This document shows, piece after piece, positions 1 to 7,785 of a DNA stretch of 64,000 bases; within the stretch, counting starts at the first letter, position 1, and each line of letters opens with the position of its first letter. The stretch lies in IMG/VR virus record IMGVR_UViG_3300005613_000002, positions 186,001 to 250,000 of that record. One strand, written 5' to 3'. Below the pieces are notes generated by a model. That model saw only the letters and a list, made by a program, of their open reading frames with translations, did not search any database and had not been told where the DNA came from. A program made the position numbers and the translations under genes.

Positions 1-1
1 A

Positions 2-265
2 GAAACTTTTCAAATTGAATCAGATAGTGAGTCAAACGGTGAAATTGAGAGTAAAGAATTAATGAATAATATTGTTAAGGCATTTGAAGGATTAAAACCA
101 AAATATCAAAAGGTTGCAAGACTGTTATTTTTGGAACAAAAGAAATATGATGAAATTGCAGAAATTTGTGAAATGCCAATGAATAATGTTAAGGTAACAA
201 TTAACAGGTGCAGAAAAATGTTACAAGCTCAACTACAAAACCAAAAAGTTGAATATTCACTATAA
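2..265 (+). CDS. ECF-subfamily RNA polymerase sigma factor, C-terminal region 4 (5' truncated by window)
   Basis: Frame open from nt 2: ...KELMNNIVKAFEGLKPKYQKVARLLFLEQKKYDEIAEICEMPMNNVKVTINRCRKML fits the sigma70 region 4.2 HTH pattern (L+..L...R.+..L......SY.EIA..+.+...TV...+.RAR..L). Confidence 0.85.
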   Translation, partial: ETFQIESDSESNGEIESKELMNNIVKAFEGLKPKYQKVARLLFLEQKKYDEIAEICEMPMNNVKVTINRCRKMLQAQLQNQKVEYSL

Positions 266-328
266 TACACAAACCTTAAAAAAGAATGTGGGCAATGTCC
301 ATATTCTTTTTTTTTAAAACCTAAAATT

Positions 329-640
329 ATGTTATCAATTCAAGAACATTTACAAAGGGATATTAATAATAATAAAAGTATTGCTTGGTGGGCAAAAGGT
401 TTTTATATTTCAAAAGGTGGTGAACATGGTTTTGATTTAAAGATACCTTTTTTTGCTTTTAATAATAACATTGACGAATTAAAACCAAATGATACAACTA
501 AAGTATTAGTTGATTATTTGGGTTCAATGGTTTGGGTCAATGTACTAGTACATTGGTTGCATTATGGTTATGGTGTTGAAAATTCACCAAGTAAAGAGGG
601 AAAACTTATCAGATACCAATTAGAAAATTTAAAGAATTAA
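329..640 (+). CDS. hypothetical protein
   Basis: Co-oriented ORF; no family recognised. Confidence 0.7.
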   Translation: MLSIQEHLQRDINNNKSIAWWAKGFYISKGGEHGFDLKIPFFAFNNNIDELKPNDTTKVLVDYLGSMVWVNVLVHWLHYGYGVENSPSKEGKLIRYQLENLKN

Positions 641-641
641 A

Positions 642-670
642 TGTAACAATGTTCATTAAAAAACGTATAA
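642..670 (+). promoter_or_regulatory. ECF-type phage promoter
   Basis: TGTAAC-N16-CGTATAA. Confidence 0.85.
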
Positions 671-698
671 TAAGTATAACAATTTAAAACTTACAATA

Positions 699-959
699 AT
701 GGCAAAAGTAACAACAAAAAAAGAAGTTAGACCTTTATATGAGATTGCAAATGACATTGAAAAGGATTGGAAAAATATGTATTTTGGTGCAGTTCCTTAT
801 TTTCAAGCCATGCAAACATTAAATAGTATTGAAGATGACTATATACATGATTCAGCTAAAAGCATTGTACTTTATTTCTTATCCAATGCTGGAACTTGGA
901 AGGGTGAAAAAGCTAGGGAAATCAAAAAGGAATTAAAAAAATTAGCTGGTGTTAAGTAA
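699..959 (+). CDS. conserved phage hypothetical protein
   Basis: RPLYEIA..I.KDW...YFGA.PY..AM...SIV.YFLSNA.TW.G motif recalled from widespread small phage proteins; downstream of promoter. Confidence 0.75.
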   Translation: MAKVTTKKEVRPLYEIANDIEKDWKNMYFGAVPYFQAMQTLNSIEDDYIHDSAKSIVLYFLSNAGTWKGEKAREIKKELKKLAGVK

Positions 960-990
960 GTGTTTCACTAGTTGATTGGAGGGAAACCTT

Positions 991-1024
991 AAAAGGGGGA
1001 AGTATTAATTTACTTTCCCCTTTT
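991..1024 (+). terminator. intrinsic terminator
   Basis: AAAAGGGGGAAGTA-TTAATT-TACTTTCCCCTTTT hairpin. Confidence 0.75.
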
Positions 1025-1071
1025 GCTTTTAAAATAGTGATAGCACAACAATAAAAATAGTAAGTGAACAA

Positions 1072-1100
1072 TGTAACAATAGTGGTCAATGTCCGTATAA
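1072..1100 (+). promoter_or_regulatory. ECF-type phage promoter
   Basis: TGTAAC-N16-CGTATAA; only an 8-codon ORF follows. Confidence 0.8.
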
Positions 1101-1171
1101 TAAGTATGAAATATAAAGTAATGTACAAATAAGATATTAAACTTTTGTTTACTTTTATTGTAAGTGTGTTT

Positions 1172-1210
1172 AAAGGGTGAATCATTTAACCAGAATGACA
1201 CCCTTTTTTT
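1172..1210 (+). terminator. intrinsic terminator abutting next promoter
   Basis: AAAGGGTG..TCATT/AATGA-CACCCTTT stem plus U-tract running into TGTAAC. Confidence 0.7.
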
Positions 1211-1239
1211 TGTAACCTTTTTTAATTAAAAACGTATAA
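1211..1239 (+). promoter_or_regulatory. ECF-type phage promoter
   Basis: TGTAAC-N16-CGTATAA. Confidence 0.85.
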
Positions 1240-1266
1240 TAAGTATAACAATTAAAACATACGACA

Positions 1267-1602
1267 ATGAAAATTTTAACAAAAGAAATCGAAAAAGCAT
1301 TTAAAAAACAGGGTGATACTTCACAATGTTCAATGTCCGAGATTAAGATAGTAATGAAACTTTTTGGTGGTGGTTCATTTACTTGGTATCTATATGAACA
1401 TCTTGAAGGTGATATTTACATGGCATTTGTTAATCTTGGTGATAGTGAAATGGCTGAATGTGGTACTGTATCATTGTCTGAGATACAAGCGATTAAATTC
1501 CCTCCATTTGGTTTAGGTGTTGAAAGAGATATGCACTTCAAACCATTGTCCAGAACATTAAAAGATGTTTATGATACTGTTAAATCTGGTGGTCATGTGT
1601 AA
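1267..1602 (+). CDS. DUF2958-family protein
   Basis: KLFGGGSFTWYLYE...LG..EMAECGTVSLSEI..I..P.GLGVERD.HF pattern. Confidence 0.75.
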   Translation: MKILTKEIEKAFKKQGDTSQCSMSEIKIVMKLFGGGSFTWYLYEHLEGDIYMAFVNLGDSEMAECGTVSLSEIQAIKFPPFGLGVERDMHFKPLSRTLKDVYDTVKSGGHV

Positions 1603-1816
1603 TACAATATATCTTAAAATAGGTAAAAAATATAAAACTAGAAATGGTTTAATTACTGAACCATTAATTAAATCCAATAATGGAACTAGTTATATTTTTG
1701 AATCAAAACTTAATGAGCCAGAATTTAAAAGTCCTTCAGTTAGGGAGTGGTTAAAGAATGGAAAGTTTCTAATTGCTGGACATAATCACAGATTAGATTT
1801 AGTTGAGGAAATATAA
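1595..1816 (+). CDS. hypothetical protein
   Basis: ATG overlapping upstream stop; start moved from 1565. Confidence 0.65.
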   Translation: MCNTIYLKIGKKYKTRNGLITEPLIKSNNGTSYIFESKLNEPEFKSPSVREWLKNGKFLIAGHNHRLDLVEEI

Positions 1817-1841
1817 AGTATTCAATATACAATAATATTAT

Positions 1842-1872
1842 AAAAGGGTTGCACGAAAGTGTAACCTTTTTT
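1842..1872 (+). terminator. intrinsic terminator whose 3' arm is the -35 box
   Basis: GGTTGCAC-GAAA-GTGTAACC-TTTTTT. Confidence 0.8.
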
Positions 1873-1888
1873 AATTAAAAACGTATAA
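1860..1888 (+). promoter_or_regulatory. ECF-type phage promoter
   Basis: TGTAAC-N16-CGTATAA. Confidence 0.85.
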
Positions 1889-1893
1889 TAAGT

Positions 1894-2013
1894 ATGGTAA
1901 CAAAAGAAATAAATAGACCAACGACATTAAAGGAATACAATCAATCATTATTAACTGATGATAAATTGTTGAGTGGTAAAGAATTTCGTAGATTGAAACG
2001 TAAAAGACTTTAA
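1894..2013 (+). CDS. small basic protein, 39 aa, probably leaderless
   Basis: MVTKEINRPTT...FRRLKRKRL; ATG 12 nt after the C of the -10 box. Confidence 0.6.
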   Translation: MVTKEINRPTTLKEYNQSLLTDDKLLSGKEFRRLKRKRL

Positions 2014-2015
2014 TT

Positions 2016-2372
2016 ATGAAAGACACATTAACAGATGAACAGATTAATGATTTAATTGTAACAGCAATTGAAGGTGGTATTAATTATTGGTGTTGGCAAG
2101 TTTCATTAAAAGAAGGAACAATTAAACCAGAACAACAATCAAAACTAAGATATTTATCTGATTGTATTTCCCTTGGTGGTACATTAATATTACATGATGC
2201 TGAAAGTTCTGAATCATGGGAATTAACAAAAGAAAAGTTCTTAAAAGGGATTGAAAAGACTTTAGAATGGGGTGGTAGTGCTAATGTTCAAGATTTATTT
2301 GATAACCACGATGCAGACGTTGCAGACGTTTTAATTCAATTCTCAATATTTGATAAAATAGTCTTTGGATAG
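2016..2372 (+). CDS. conserved phage hypothetical protein
   Basis: TAIEGGINYW...DADVADVLIQ..IF..IVFG motif recalled from phage proteins. Confidence 0.75.
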   Translation: MKDTLTDEQINDLIVTAIEGGINYWCWQVSLKEGTIKPEQQSKLRYLSDCISLGGTLILHDAESSESWELTKEKFLKGIEKTLEWGGSANVQDLFDNHDADVADVLIQFSIFDKIVFG

Positions 2373-2373
2373 T

Positions 2374-2402
2374 TGTAACTATTTTTTATTAAAAACGTAT
2401 AA
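2374..2402 (+). promoter_or_regulatory. ECF-type phage promoter
   Basis: TGTAAC-N16-CGTATAA. Confidence 0.85.
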
Positions 2403-2407
2403 CTATT

Positions 2408-2758
2408 ATGAGCGACAAATTAGATACACAAGAATTTTATGAAGTGATGCAACAGTATCGACATTCAAATGCTAACAATCAGGAACAAGTTGTTAAATCT
2501 TTTGAAAATGTTAAAACTTGGATTCGTGATAATTTTCTTGGTGAAGTTGAAAAGAAAGTTGAGGGTTGCCCAGAATGGTTAACTTCTGATGTTCGTAAAC
2601 TTGTAAAGGAAACATGGGATAGTCATAAGGTTTGTAATGATGGTTTGACCATTAAAGCAATGAGAATAGTTCAAGCAACAGCAAAAGAAGCTGGTTATGA
2701 AATTGGTATTTCCAAAGCAATGGACTTAATGAAAGAATATTGTAATATTTACGATTAA
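2408..2758 (+). CDS. hypothetical protein, probably leaderless
   Basis: ATG 12 nt after the -10 C. Confidence 0.7.
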   Translation: MSDKLDTQEFYEVMQQYRHSNANNQEQVVKSFENVKTWIRDNFLGEVEKKVEGCPEWLTSDVRKLVKETWDSHKVCNDGLTIKAMRIVQATAKEAGYEIGISKAMDLMKEYCNIYD

Positions 2759-2762
2759 AGTC

Positions 2763-2978
2763 ATGGTTAAAACATTAGACAATACAGATAAAAACATTAA
2801 AGACTTAGAAAGTCAGGGTTATGTTAAAAGTAGTGTAAGCAAACCATTTAATTATAATAAGGTATTAAGATATGATACTAAACGTATGGTATACTGGTTT
2901 AGTTCAAGTACTGCTGCACATATGAGTGATTGTTTTTTTACTAGACAAAATGTTGGTACTATAATTATAGGTTTTTAG
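2763..2978 (+). CDS. hypothetical protein
   Basis: Co-oriented ORF. Confidence 0.6.
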   Translation: MVKTLDNTDKNIKDLESQGYVKSSVSKPFNYNKVLRYDTKRMVYWFSSSTAAHMSDCFFTRQNVGTIIIGF

Positions 2979-2979
2979 T

Positions 2980-3008
2980 TGTAACCTTTTTTAATTAAAA
3001 ACGTATAA
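2980..3008 (+). promoter_or_regulatory. ECF-type phage promoter
   Basis: TGTAAC-N16-CGTATAA. Confidence 0.85.
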
Positions 3009-3036
3009 TTATTATAACACACTAAAAGTAAATATC

Positions 3037-3348
3037 ATGGATTTATTTGAAACATTAGGAAAGACATTAAAACCTGTAACAACATTAACTAAAGAATTTA
3101 AGGTTGGGGCAGTATCAGTAAATTCCAATTCATTTGGATTAAAGCAAATGATTATGGTTGCCAAAGATGGAACAGCATTTAAGGCATGTTTTAATTATTT
3201 GAATGTGAAGAAAGAAAAGGAAACTATTAATGCTTCTATAATTTTAAATGAAGATGGAAAAGTAATATCAACTTCATTTGTTGGTGGTGAATTAATTGAA
3301 CAAATCAGTGATGCACCAAAAGAAATAATTGAAGAACTCTGGAATTAA
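3037..3348 (+). CDS. hypothetical protein
   Basis: First gene after promoter. Confidence 0.7.
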   Translation: MDLFETLGKTLKPVTTLTKEFKVGAVSVNSNSFGLKQMIMVAKDGTAFKACFNYLNVKKEKETINASIILNEDGKVISTSFVGGELIEQISDAPKEIIEELWN

Positions 3349-3359
3349 AAATAACAGTA

Positions 3360-3572
3360 ATGGAAATTTTAAAAATAAAACAATTAGAACATAGTGGAAT
3401 AGGTAATAATGCTATTCATATTAAAGTGATTGATAAGTTTAGAAAATCAAAAGAAGATGGATTGAAATATTGTAAACTCAAAGGTTTTGATGTTTCTATA
3501 ACTGATGTTTTATTAACAGTAAAACAAAATGTAATGTATGGGTTTAAAATGTCTGCATTAATTACTAATTAG
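3360..3572 (+). CDS. hypothetical protein
   Basis: Co-oriented ORF. Confidence 0.65.
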   Translation: MEILKIKQLEHSGIGNNAIHIKVIDKFRKSKEDGLKYCKLKGFDVSITDVLLTVKQNVMYGFKMSALITN

Positions 3573-3573
3573 T

Positions 3574-3602
3574 TGTAACTATTTTTAATTAAAAACGTAT
3601 AA
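3574..3602 (+). promoter_or_regulatory. ECF-type phage promoter
   Basis: TGTAAC-N16-CGTATAA. Confidence 0.85.
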
Positions 3603-3626
3603 CTATTATAACTAAAACACAAAGTT

Positions 3627-3944
3627 ATGAAAAAGCAATTAAAAGAAATATTGAATAATTGTCCACTTTCTGCTAAATGGTTAAATATGAGAGAATGGCA
3701 AAAAGAAAAATTCTCTACAGTTTTTGAAATGTGTGAAAATGAAAATATTAAAATTCACAATCGAAATCAAAAAGGTTGTTCAGGATTATTGAAAATATAT
3801 TACGATTATGGACAAATGAGAGTGATTAGATTTTCAAGCATTAGTAATATTGAAGCTGATTTGGTTAATTTGTATGCACAAAAATGTTTATATTTAGGTG
3901 ATAAATTTAAAATAACTCACAGACTTAGGAACTATTCAAATTAA
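3627..3944 (+). CDS. hypothetical protein
   Basis: First gene after promoter. Confidence 0.7.
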   Translation: MKKQLKEILNNCPLSAKWLNMREWQKEKFSTVFEMCENENIKIHNRNQKGCSGLLKIYYDYGQMRVIRFSSISNIEADLVNLYAQKCLYLGDKFKITHRLRNYSN

Positions 3945-3954
3945 AAATATACCA

Positions 3955-4149
3955 ATGAAATCAATAAACGTAAAGAATTTACAAATTCAGTTTGATAGCT
4001 TTGACGAAGGAGCAGACAAACACACGGCATTAAACATGCTTGAAGAAATCAATGGTGCATTACAAGAAAGATTCCCAGAGAACACACCTCAAATTTTTGT
4101 TGGTGCAGTTGATGACGATGACATTGAAATAGCAGATTGTAAAGAATAA
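3955..4149 (+). CDS. small acidic hypothetical protein
   Basis: Co-oriented ORF. Confidence 0.65.
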   Translation: MKSINVKNLQIQFDSFDEGADKHTALNMLEEINGALQERFPENTPQIFVGAVDDDDIEIADCKE

Positions 4150-4154
4150 TCATA

Positions 4155-4310
4155 ATGAGACCATTTAGCACTGATAATTTCAAACATAAAGAAATTCTAA
4201 GGAGTACGACAAAAACAGCAAAATTAGTAGCAAAAAATGCTGATAGGTCGAAAAAGAAAACTGTAAGGAATAGATTAAAAAATGAAATGAATAGGGAATT
4301 GGATAATTAA
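4155..4310 (+). CDS. small basic protein, 51 aa
   Basis: MRPFSTDNFKHKE...; fills the gap, not in ORF track. Confidence 0.55.
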   Translation: MRPFSTDNFKHKEILRSTTKTAKLVAKNADRSKKKTVRNRLKNEMNRELDN

Positions 4311-4331
4311 AATTTGTTACAGTTTTTAATT

Positions 4332-4364
4332 AAAAAGGTTGCATGAAAGTGTAACCTTTTTTTT
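4332..4364 (+). terminator. intrinsic terminator whose 3' arm is the -35 box
   Basis: GGTTGCAT-GAAA-GTGTAACC-TTTTTTTT. Confidence 0.8.
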
Positions 4365-4378
4365 GTTATTACGTATAA
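4350..4378 (+). promoter_or_regulatory. ECF-type phage promoter
   Basis: TGTAAC-N16-CGTATAA; no ORF follows. Confidence 0.8.
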
Positions 4379-4383
4379 TAATT

Positions 4384-4437
4384 AGGCTGGATAATACTAG
4401 GGTGCAGTAATCCACTCCTGCCTGAAAGTCTGACTTT
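4384..4437 (+). ncRNA. candidate small structured RNA
   Basis: GC-rich island starting at predicted +1; nested stems AGGC/GCCT, TGGAT/ATCCA, TACT/AGTA; possible loop pseudoknot AGGG/TCCT. Confidence 0.5.
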
Positions 4438-4481
4438 AGAATCATTCTACATTAATACTATAAATCTTTTTAATTAAAAAC

Positions 4482-4510
4482 TGTAACAAATTTTAATTAG
4501 AAACGTATAA
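4482..4510 (+). promoter_or_regulatory. ECF-type phage promoter
   Basis: TGTAAC-N16-CGTATAA. Confidence 0.85.
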
Positions 4511-4538
4511 TAAGTATAACATTTAAAGATATACTATC

Positions 4539-5429
4539 ATGACAAAAAAAGTAAAAAAAGGAACAGAAATTTGCACAATTGAAGACTTAATGTTTCCAGT
4601 TGAAATGAGGGAAGAAACTATGGCTTGTAATAAAGAGTATTGCCGTAGGATTGTTGGTCAAATTAATGGTGAAGACTTTTTATTGAATCAGTGTTCAGAT
4701 GTTTATACATTGATTGAAAATAAGGATATCTTTCCAATGATTGAAGAAGTGCTAACTAACAATAAAGTTGAGTTTACACCAACTTACAAACATTTAAACC
4801 ATGTTCGTTTCTATGCTGATTATGATATTACTGATACCCGTTTTGGTTATCAAATGAAAGATTCATTTGATGTTATTCGACCAATGTTGAGGGTTCAACA
4901 CAGTTATAACGGTTTAACCAAGTATAAAATTATCTTTGGTTATTTCAGGTTGGTTTGTTCTAATGGTTTGGTAATTCCAATTGAAGAAATGAAAGAATTC
5001 AATTTGGCAATTGTTGGAAAACACACCGAAGTAATTCTAAAATCATTTGATGACTTGAATGAGGTGCTTATTCGTTTCACAAATGAAGCTGAAAAAATCA
5101 CGGGTGCAATTGTTAATAAATTTGAGGTTCTTCGTAGTAGGGTTCGTTCAACAACAAAAAATGTTGAAGATAGGATTGAAGAAATTTTTAAAGCTACAAA
5201 AATGTCACTTGTGGATAATAAAAATTTCAGTACAATGAATACCCTAATGTCCATAATCAGGGAAGAAGCAAATAAAACTGAATTAGGTTATGATGGTCAA
5301 ATAAATGACTGGTTGATTTACAATGCTATCAACCAATATTTAAATGATGACTCACGTAATATTGCAACACCTGAAACTAGAATGGACAAAGATTCAAAGG
5401 TGTTTGAATATATGTTACAATATGCTTAA
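4539..5429 (+). CDS. DUF932-family protein
   Basis: LRVQHSYNG...GYFRLVCSNGLV signature. Confidence 0.75.
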   Translation: MTKKVKKGTEICTIEDLMFPVEMREETMACNKEYCRRIVGQINGEDFLLNQCSDVYTLIENKDIFPMIEEVLTNNKVEFTPTYKHLNHVRFYADYDITDTRFGYQMKDSFDVIRPMLRVQHSYNGLTKYKIIFGYFRLVCSNGLVIPIEEMKEFNLAIVGKHTEVILKSFDDLNEVLIRFTNEAEKITGAIVNKFEVLRSRVRSTTKNVEDRIEEIFKATKMSLVDNKNFSTMNTLMSIIREEANKTELGYDGQINDWLIYNAINQYLNDDSRNIATPETRMDKDSKVFEYMLQYA

Positions 5430-5448
5430 TCTGAGCAATGTACAATAT

Positions 5449-5479
5449 AAAAAAGGTTGCAGAAATGTAACCTTTTTTT
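5449..5479 (+). terminator. intrinsic terminator (same family, no -10 box follows)
   Basis: AAAAAAGGTTGCA-GAAA-TGTAACCTTTTTTT. Confidence 0.8.
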
Positions 5480-5513
5480 GTGGTTAATTTTAATTAAAAA
5501 AACTTACAATATT

Positions 5514-5542
5514 TGTAACTATTTTTAATTAAAAACGTATAA
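5514..5542 (+). promoter_or_regulatory. ECF-type phage promoter
   Basis: TGTAAC-N16-CGTATAA. Confidence 0.85.
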
Positions 5543-5569
5543 TAAGTATAACAATTAAAACACACTATC

Positions 5570-6052
5570 ATGACAATTTTTGAAGCACTTCGATTAGCCA
5601 ACAAAATGATTTTAGAACATTCTGAATTAAAGAATTGGATTGCTGTTTCAAACAGACGTAAACGTGCATTTGGTTTATGTAGTTATAGAAAGAAAAGAAT
5701 TTCATTATCAGAATATTTAGTTCCAGCAATGACTGATAAAGCAATTAAAGACACAATTATTCATGAAATTGCTCACGCCTTAACTAAAGGTCATGGTCAC
5801 GATAAAGTATGGCAAAGTAAATGTATTGAACTCGGTGGTAATGGTTTACGTTGTGGCGGTACTGATAAATATTTTAATGGTTCTAAAGGTAAGAATGAAA
5901 TATTAAATGCAATATCTAAATATTCATTAACATGTCCTGTTTGTGGTCATGTAAGTTATATTAACAGGAAACCAAAAAAAGATTCATCTTGTGGTAATTG
6001 TTGTAATTATTTTAATCCTAAATTTAAATTAGTTTTAACTCAAAACTATTAG
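5570..6052 (+). CDS. SprT-like zinc metalloprotease with C-terminal Zn ribbon
   Basis: RRKRAFGLC, DTIIHEIAHAL (HExxH), GHGHD..W; CPVCG...CGNC. Confidence 0.85.
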   Translation: MTIFEALRLANKMILEHSELKNWIAVSNRRKRAFGLCSYRKKRISLSEYLVPAMTDKAIKDTIIHEIAHALTKGHGHDKVWQSKCIELGGNGLRCGGTDKYFNGSKGKNEILNAISKYSLTCPVCGHVSYINRKPKKDSSCGNCCNYFNPKFKLVLTQNY

Positions 6053-6053
6053 T

Positions 6054-6082
6054 TGTAACAATTTTAATTAAAAAACGTATAA
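6054..6082 (+). promoter_or_regulatory. ECF-type phage promoter
   Basis: TGTAAC-N16-CGTATAA. Confidence 0.85.
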
Positions 6083-6108
6083 TAAGTATAACAATTAAAA
6101 CAAGACAA

Positions 6109-6576
6109 ATGAGAGACATTAATTATTTAATACAATTATTTCCAGATAAAACAGGTAAAGAACTTTTAGCTATTCAAGCACAGGATAAACTTGATGACCA
6201 AAAAGAATTTGATGAATTGAATAAAGAAAAATTAGCATACATCAAAGACTTAAATGAAAATGGTGGTTATTTCTGTGGTAGGTTTGGAATTGACCAACAT
6301 TATTATTATCATGTTTACAATCTGGTAATGGATAATAAAGGTCGTATTACTATGGATGTTGATAAGGTTGTTTTATTTTATAATGATTCTAAAGATACTC
6401 ACCAAGTTACAAGACCAAACGAAATTCGTATGGAACGTAGAATAAAAGAATATCAAGAATTTGATAAGTATGGTTTAGAACATGAAAAGAGGGTAACCAA
6501 AAAAGAATGGGATGCAGTAAATGACTATTTAAACAAAATGTCTGAATTATTTTGGGGTCATATAAAACCTGTTTAA
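6109..6576 (+). CDS. hypothetical protein
   Basis: First gene after promoter. Confidence 0.75.
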   Translation: MRDINYLIQLFPDKTGKELLAIQAQDKLDDQKEFDELNKEKLAYIKDLNENGGYFCGRFGIDQHYYYHVYNLVMDNKGRITMDVDKVVLFYNDSKDTHQVTRPNEIRMERRIKEYQEFDKYGLEHEKRVTKKEWDAVNDYLNKMSELFWGHIKPV

Positions 6577-6577
6577 T

Positions 6578-6606
6578 TGTAACTATTTTTAATTAAAAAC
6601 GTATAA
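6578..6606 (+). promoter_or_regulatory. ECF-type phage promoter
   Basis: TGTAAC-N16-CGTATAA. Confidence 0.85.
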
Positions 6607-6629
6607 CTATTATAACTAAAATTATAATA

Positions 6630-6914
6630 ATGAAATCATATAATTATAAAATTCAATGGGTGTTTAATGTAAATGGAAATTTCATAACACCAATAAATCA
6701 ACTTAGAAAGGAATTATATTCTGTTATTAGAGCTTTAGGTGCTAAAAGTTTAACAGTGATTAATTTCTTAGATGCTGATTTTAAAAAAGTTGATTCATAT
6801 ACTAGTATGGTTCAATACCCATATAATCTTGCAAATGAAGAAACAATAAAATTCATTAAAAAGAAATTAAAAAATAATCCTAATATAATGCAAATTGAAC
6901 TATTAAGAAAATAA
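6630..6914 (+). CDS. hypothetical protein
   Basis: First gene after promoter. Confidence 0.7.
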   Translation: MKSYNYKIQWVFNVNGNFITPINQLRKELYSVIRALGAKSLTVINFLDADFKKVDSYTSMVQYPYNLANEETIKFIKKKLKNNPNIMQIELLRK

Positions 6915-6919
6915 ATATC

Positions 6920-7135
6920 ATGACAAAAATAGACGCAATACTAGCAATGGAACAAGGTCAGAAAATTACACATGTTGACTTTACACCCGATGAATGGATG
7001 ACAATGGAAGGTAAGCAATGTAATAAAAAGATTGTTCTGGAAGATGGTGTTAAATGTTCACCTATTGAATTTTGGAAATGGCGAACAGATAAATCATGGG
7101 ACGATGGTTATTCAATTTTTACTGAAAAACAATAA
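6920..7135 (+). CDS. hypothetical protein
   Basis: Co-oriented ORF; A..AM..G.KI.H motif common in small phage proteins. Confidence 0.7.
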   Translation: MTKIDAILAMEQGQKITHVDFTPDEWMTMEGKQCNKKIVLEDGVKCSPIEFWKWRTDKSWDDGYSIFTEKQ

Positions 7136-7147
7136 AAACATACTATT

Positions 7148-7357
7148 ATGAATAAAGCAATGTACACTGGTGAAGTAACAGTTACCGACCCAGATTCGAA
7201 ATTACCAGTTGAGGTATCAATGTTTAAACATGAAGGTGGTGGAATGTTTGGAATAGATAGTTCATATCTTGACCAAACATTTGAAGATGATATTGAACCA
7301 GTAATACCTGACCCTTTTAATACTGGTAAAGGGTTAATTTTAGAAGGTTTAGTGTAA
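7148..7357 (+). CDS. hypothetical protein
   Basis: Stop TAA lies inside next -35 box. Confidence 0.7.
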   Translation: MNKAMYTGEVTVTDPDSKLPVEVSMFKHEGGGMFGIDSSYLDQTFEDDIEPVIPDPFNTGKGLILEGLV

Positions 7358-7381
7358 CCTTTTTTAATTAAAAACGTATAA
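7353..7381 (+). promoter_or_regulatory. ECF-type phage promoter
   Basis: TGTAAC-N16-CGTATAA. Confidence 0.85.
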
Positions 7382-7409
7382 GTAGGTATAACAATTTAAA
7401 TCTACTATC

Positions 7410-7742
7410 ATGACAAAAAAAGAATTTAAAAAGTTGATTAGTTTTCACAAGTATGGTAATCGTAGGGATTCAAGCATAATTGCAATTTTCTTCGATTATA
7501 ATCAAGGTGAACTTGAAAATGGTGATTATTTCCGTGGTTATAAATTTTGTTTGTTTTCAAGATCAACCAATGCAACCAAAGCAGAATTAATTAATATTGC
7601 ATACGATGCAATTATCAATGAGGTTGAAACACCTTATTACATTCAGCAAATAACTGCTCAGAATGATTCACAACGTTTTAGAGTTCCTATAGTTAGTTCA
7701 GGTTTAAATAAATTAATTAAGTACGAACCTGTAACAAATTAG
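7410..7742 (+). CDS. hypothetical protein
   Basis: First gene after promoter. Confidence 0.7.
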   Translation: MTKKEFKKLISFHKYGNRRDSSIIAIFFDYNQGELENGDYFRGYKFCLFSRSTNATKAELINIAYDAIINEVETPYYIQQITAQNDSQRFRVPIVSSGLNKLIKYEPVTN

Positions 7743-7758
7743 AATAAAAAACGTATAA
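7730..7758 (+). promoter_or_regulatory. ECF-type phage promoter
   Basis: TGTAAC-N16-CGTATAA, -35 inside upstream CDS end. Confidence 0.8.
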
Positions 7759-7785
7759 GTAGTATAACAATTTAAAACAAAGACA

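Noticed and set aside
952-1201. Minus-strand ORFs in the + block (952-1185, 1010-1201, 4940-5254, 8121-8438, 11321-11506, 13109-13333, 13575-13763, 14105-14305, 14544-14810, 16263-16544, 19248-19460, 20240-20473, 20933-21232, 22711-22908)
   Set aside because: Antisense shadows over real genes, promoters or RNAs, with low-complexity composition and no promoter.
5466-5495. TGTAAC at 5466 as a promoter
   Set aside because: No CGTATA 16 nt downstream; kept only as a terminator.
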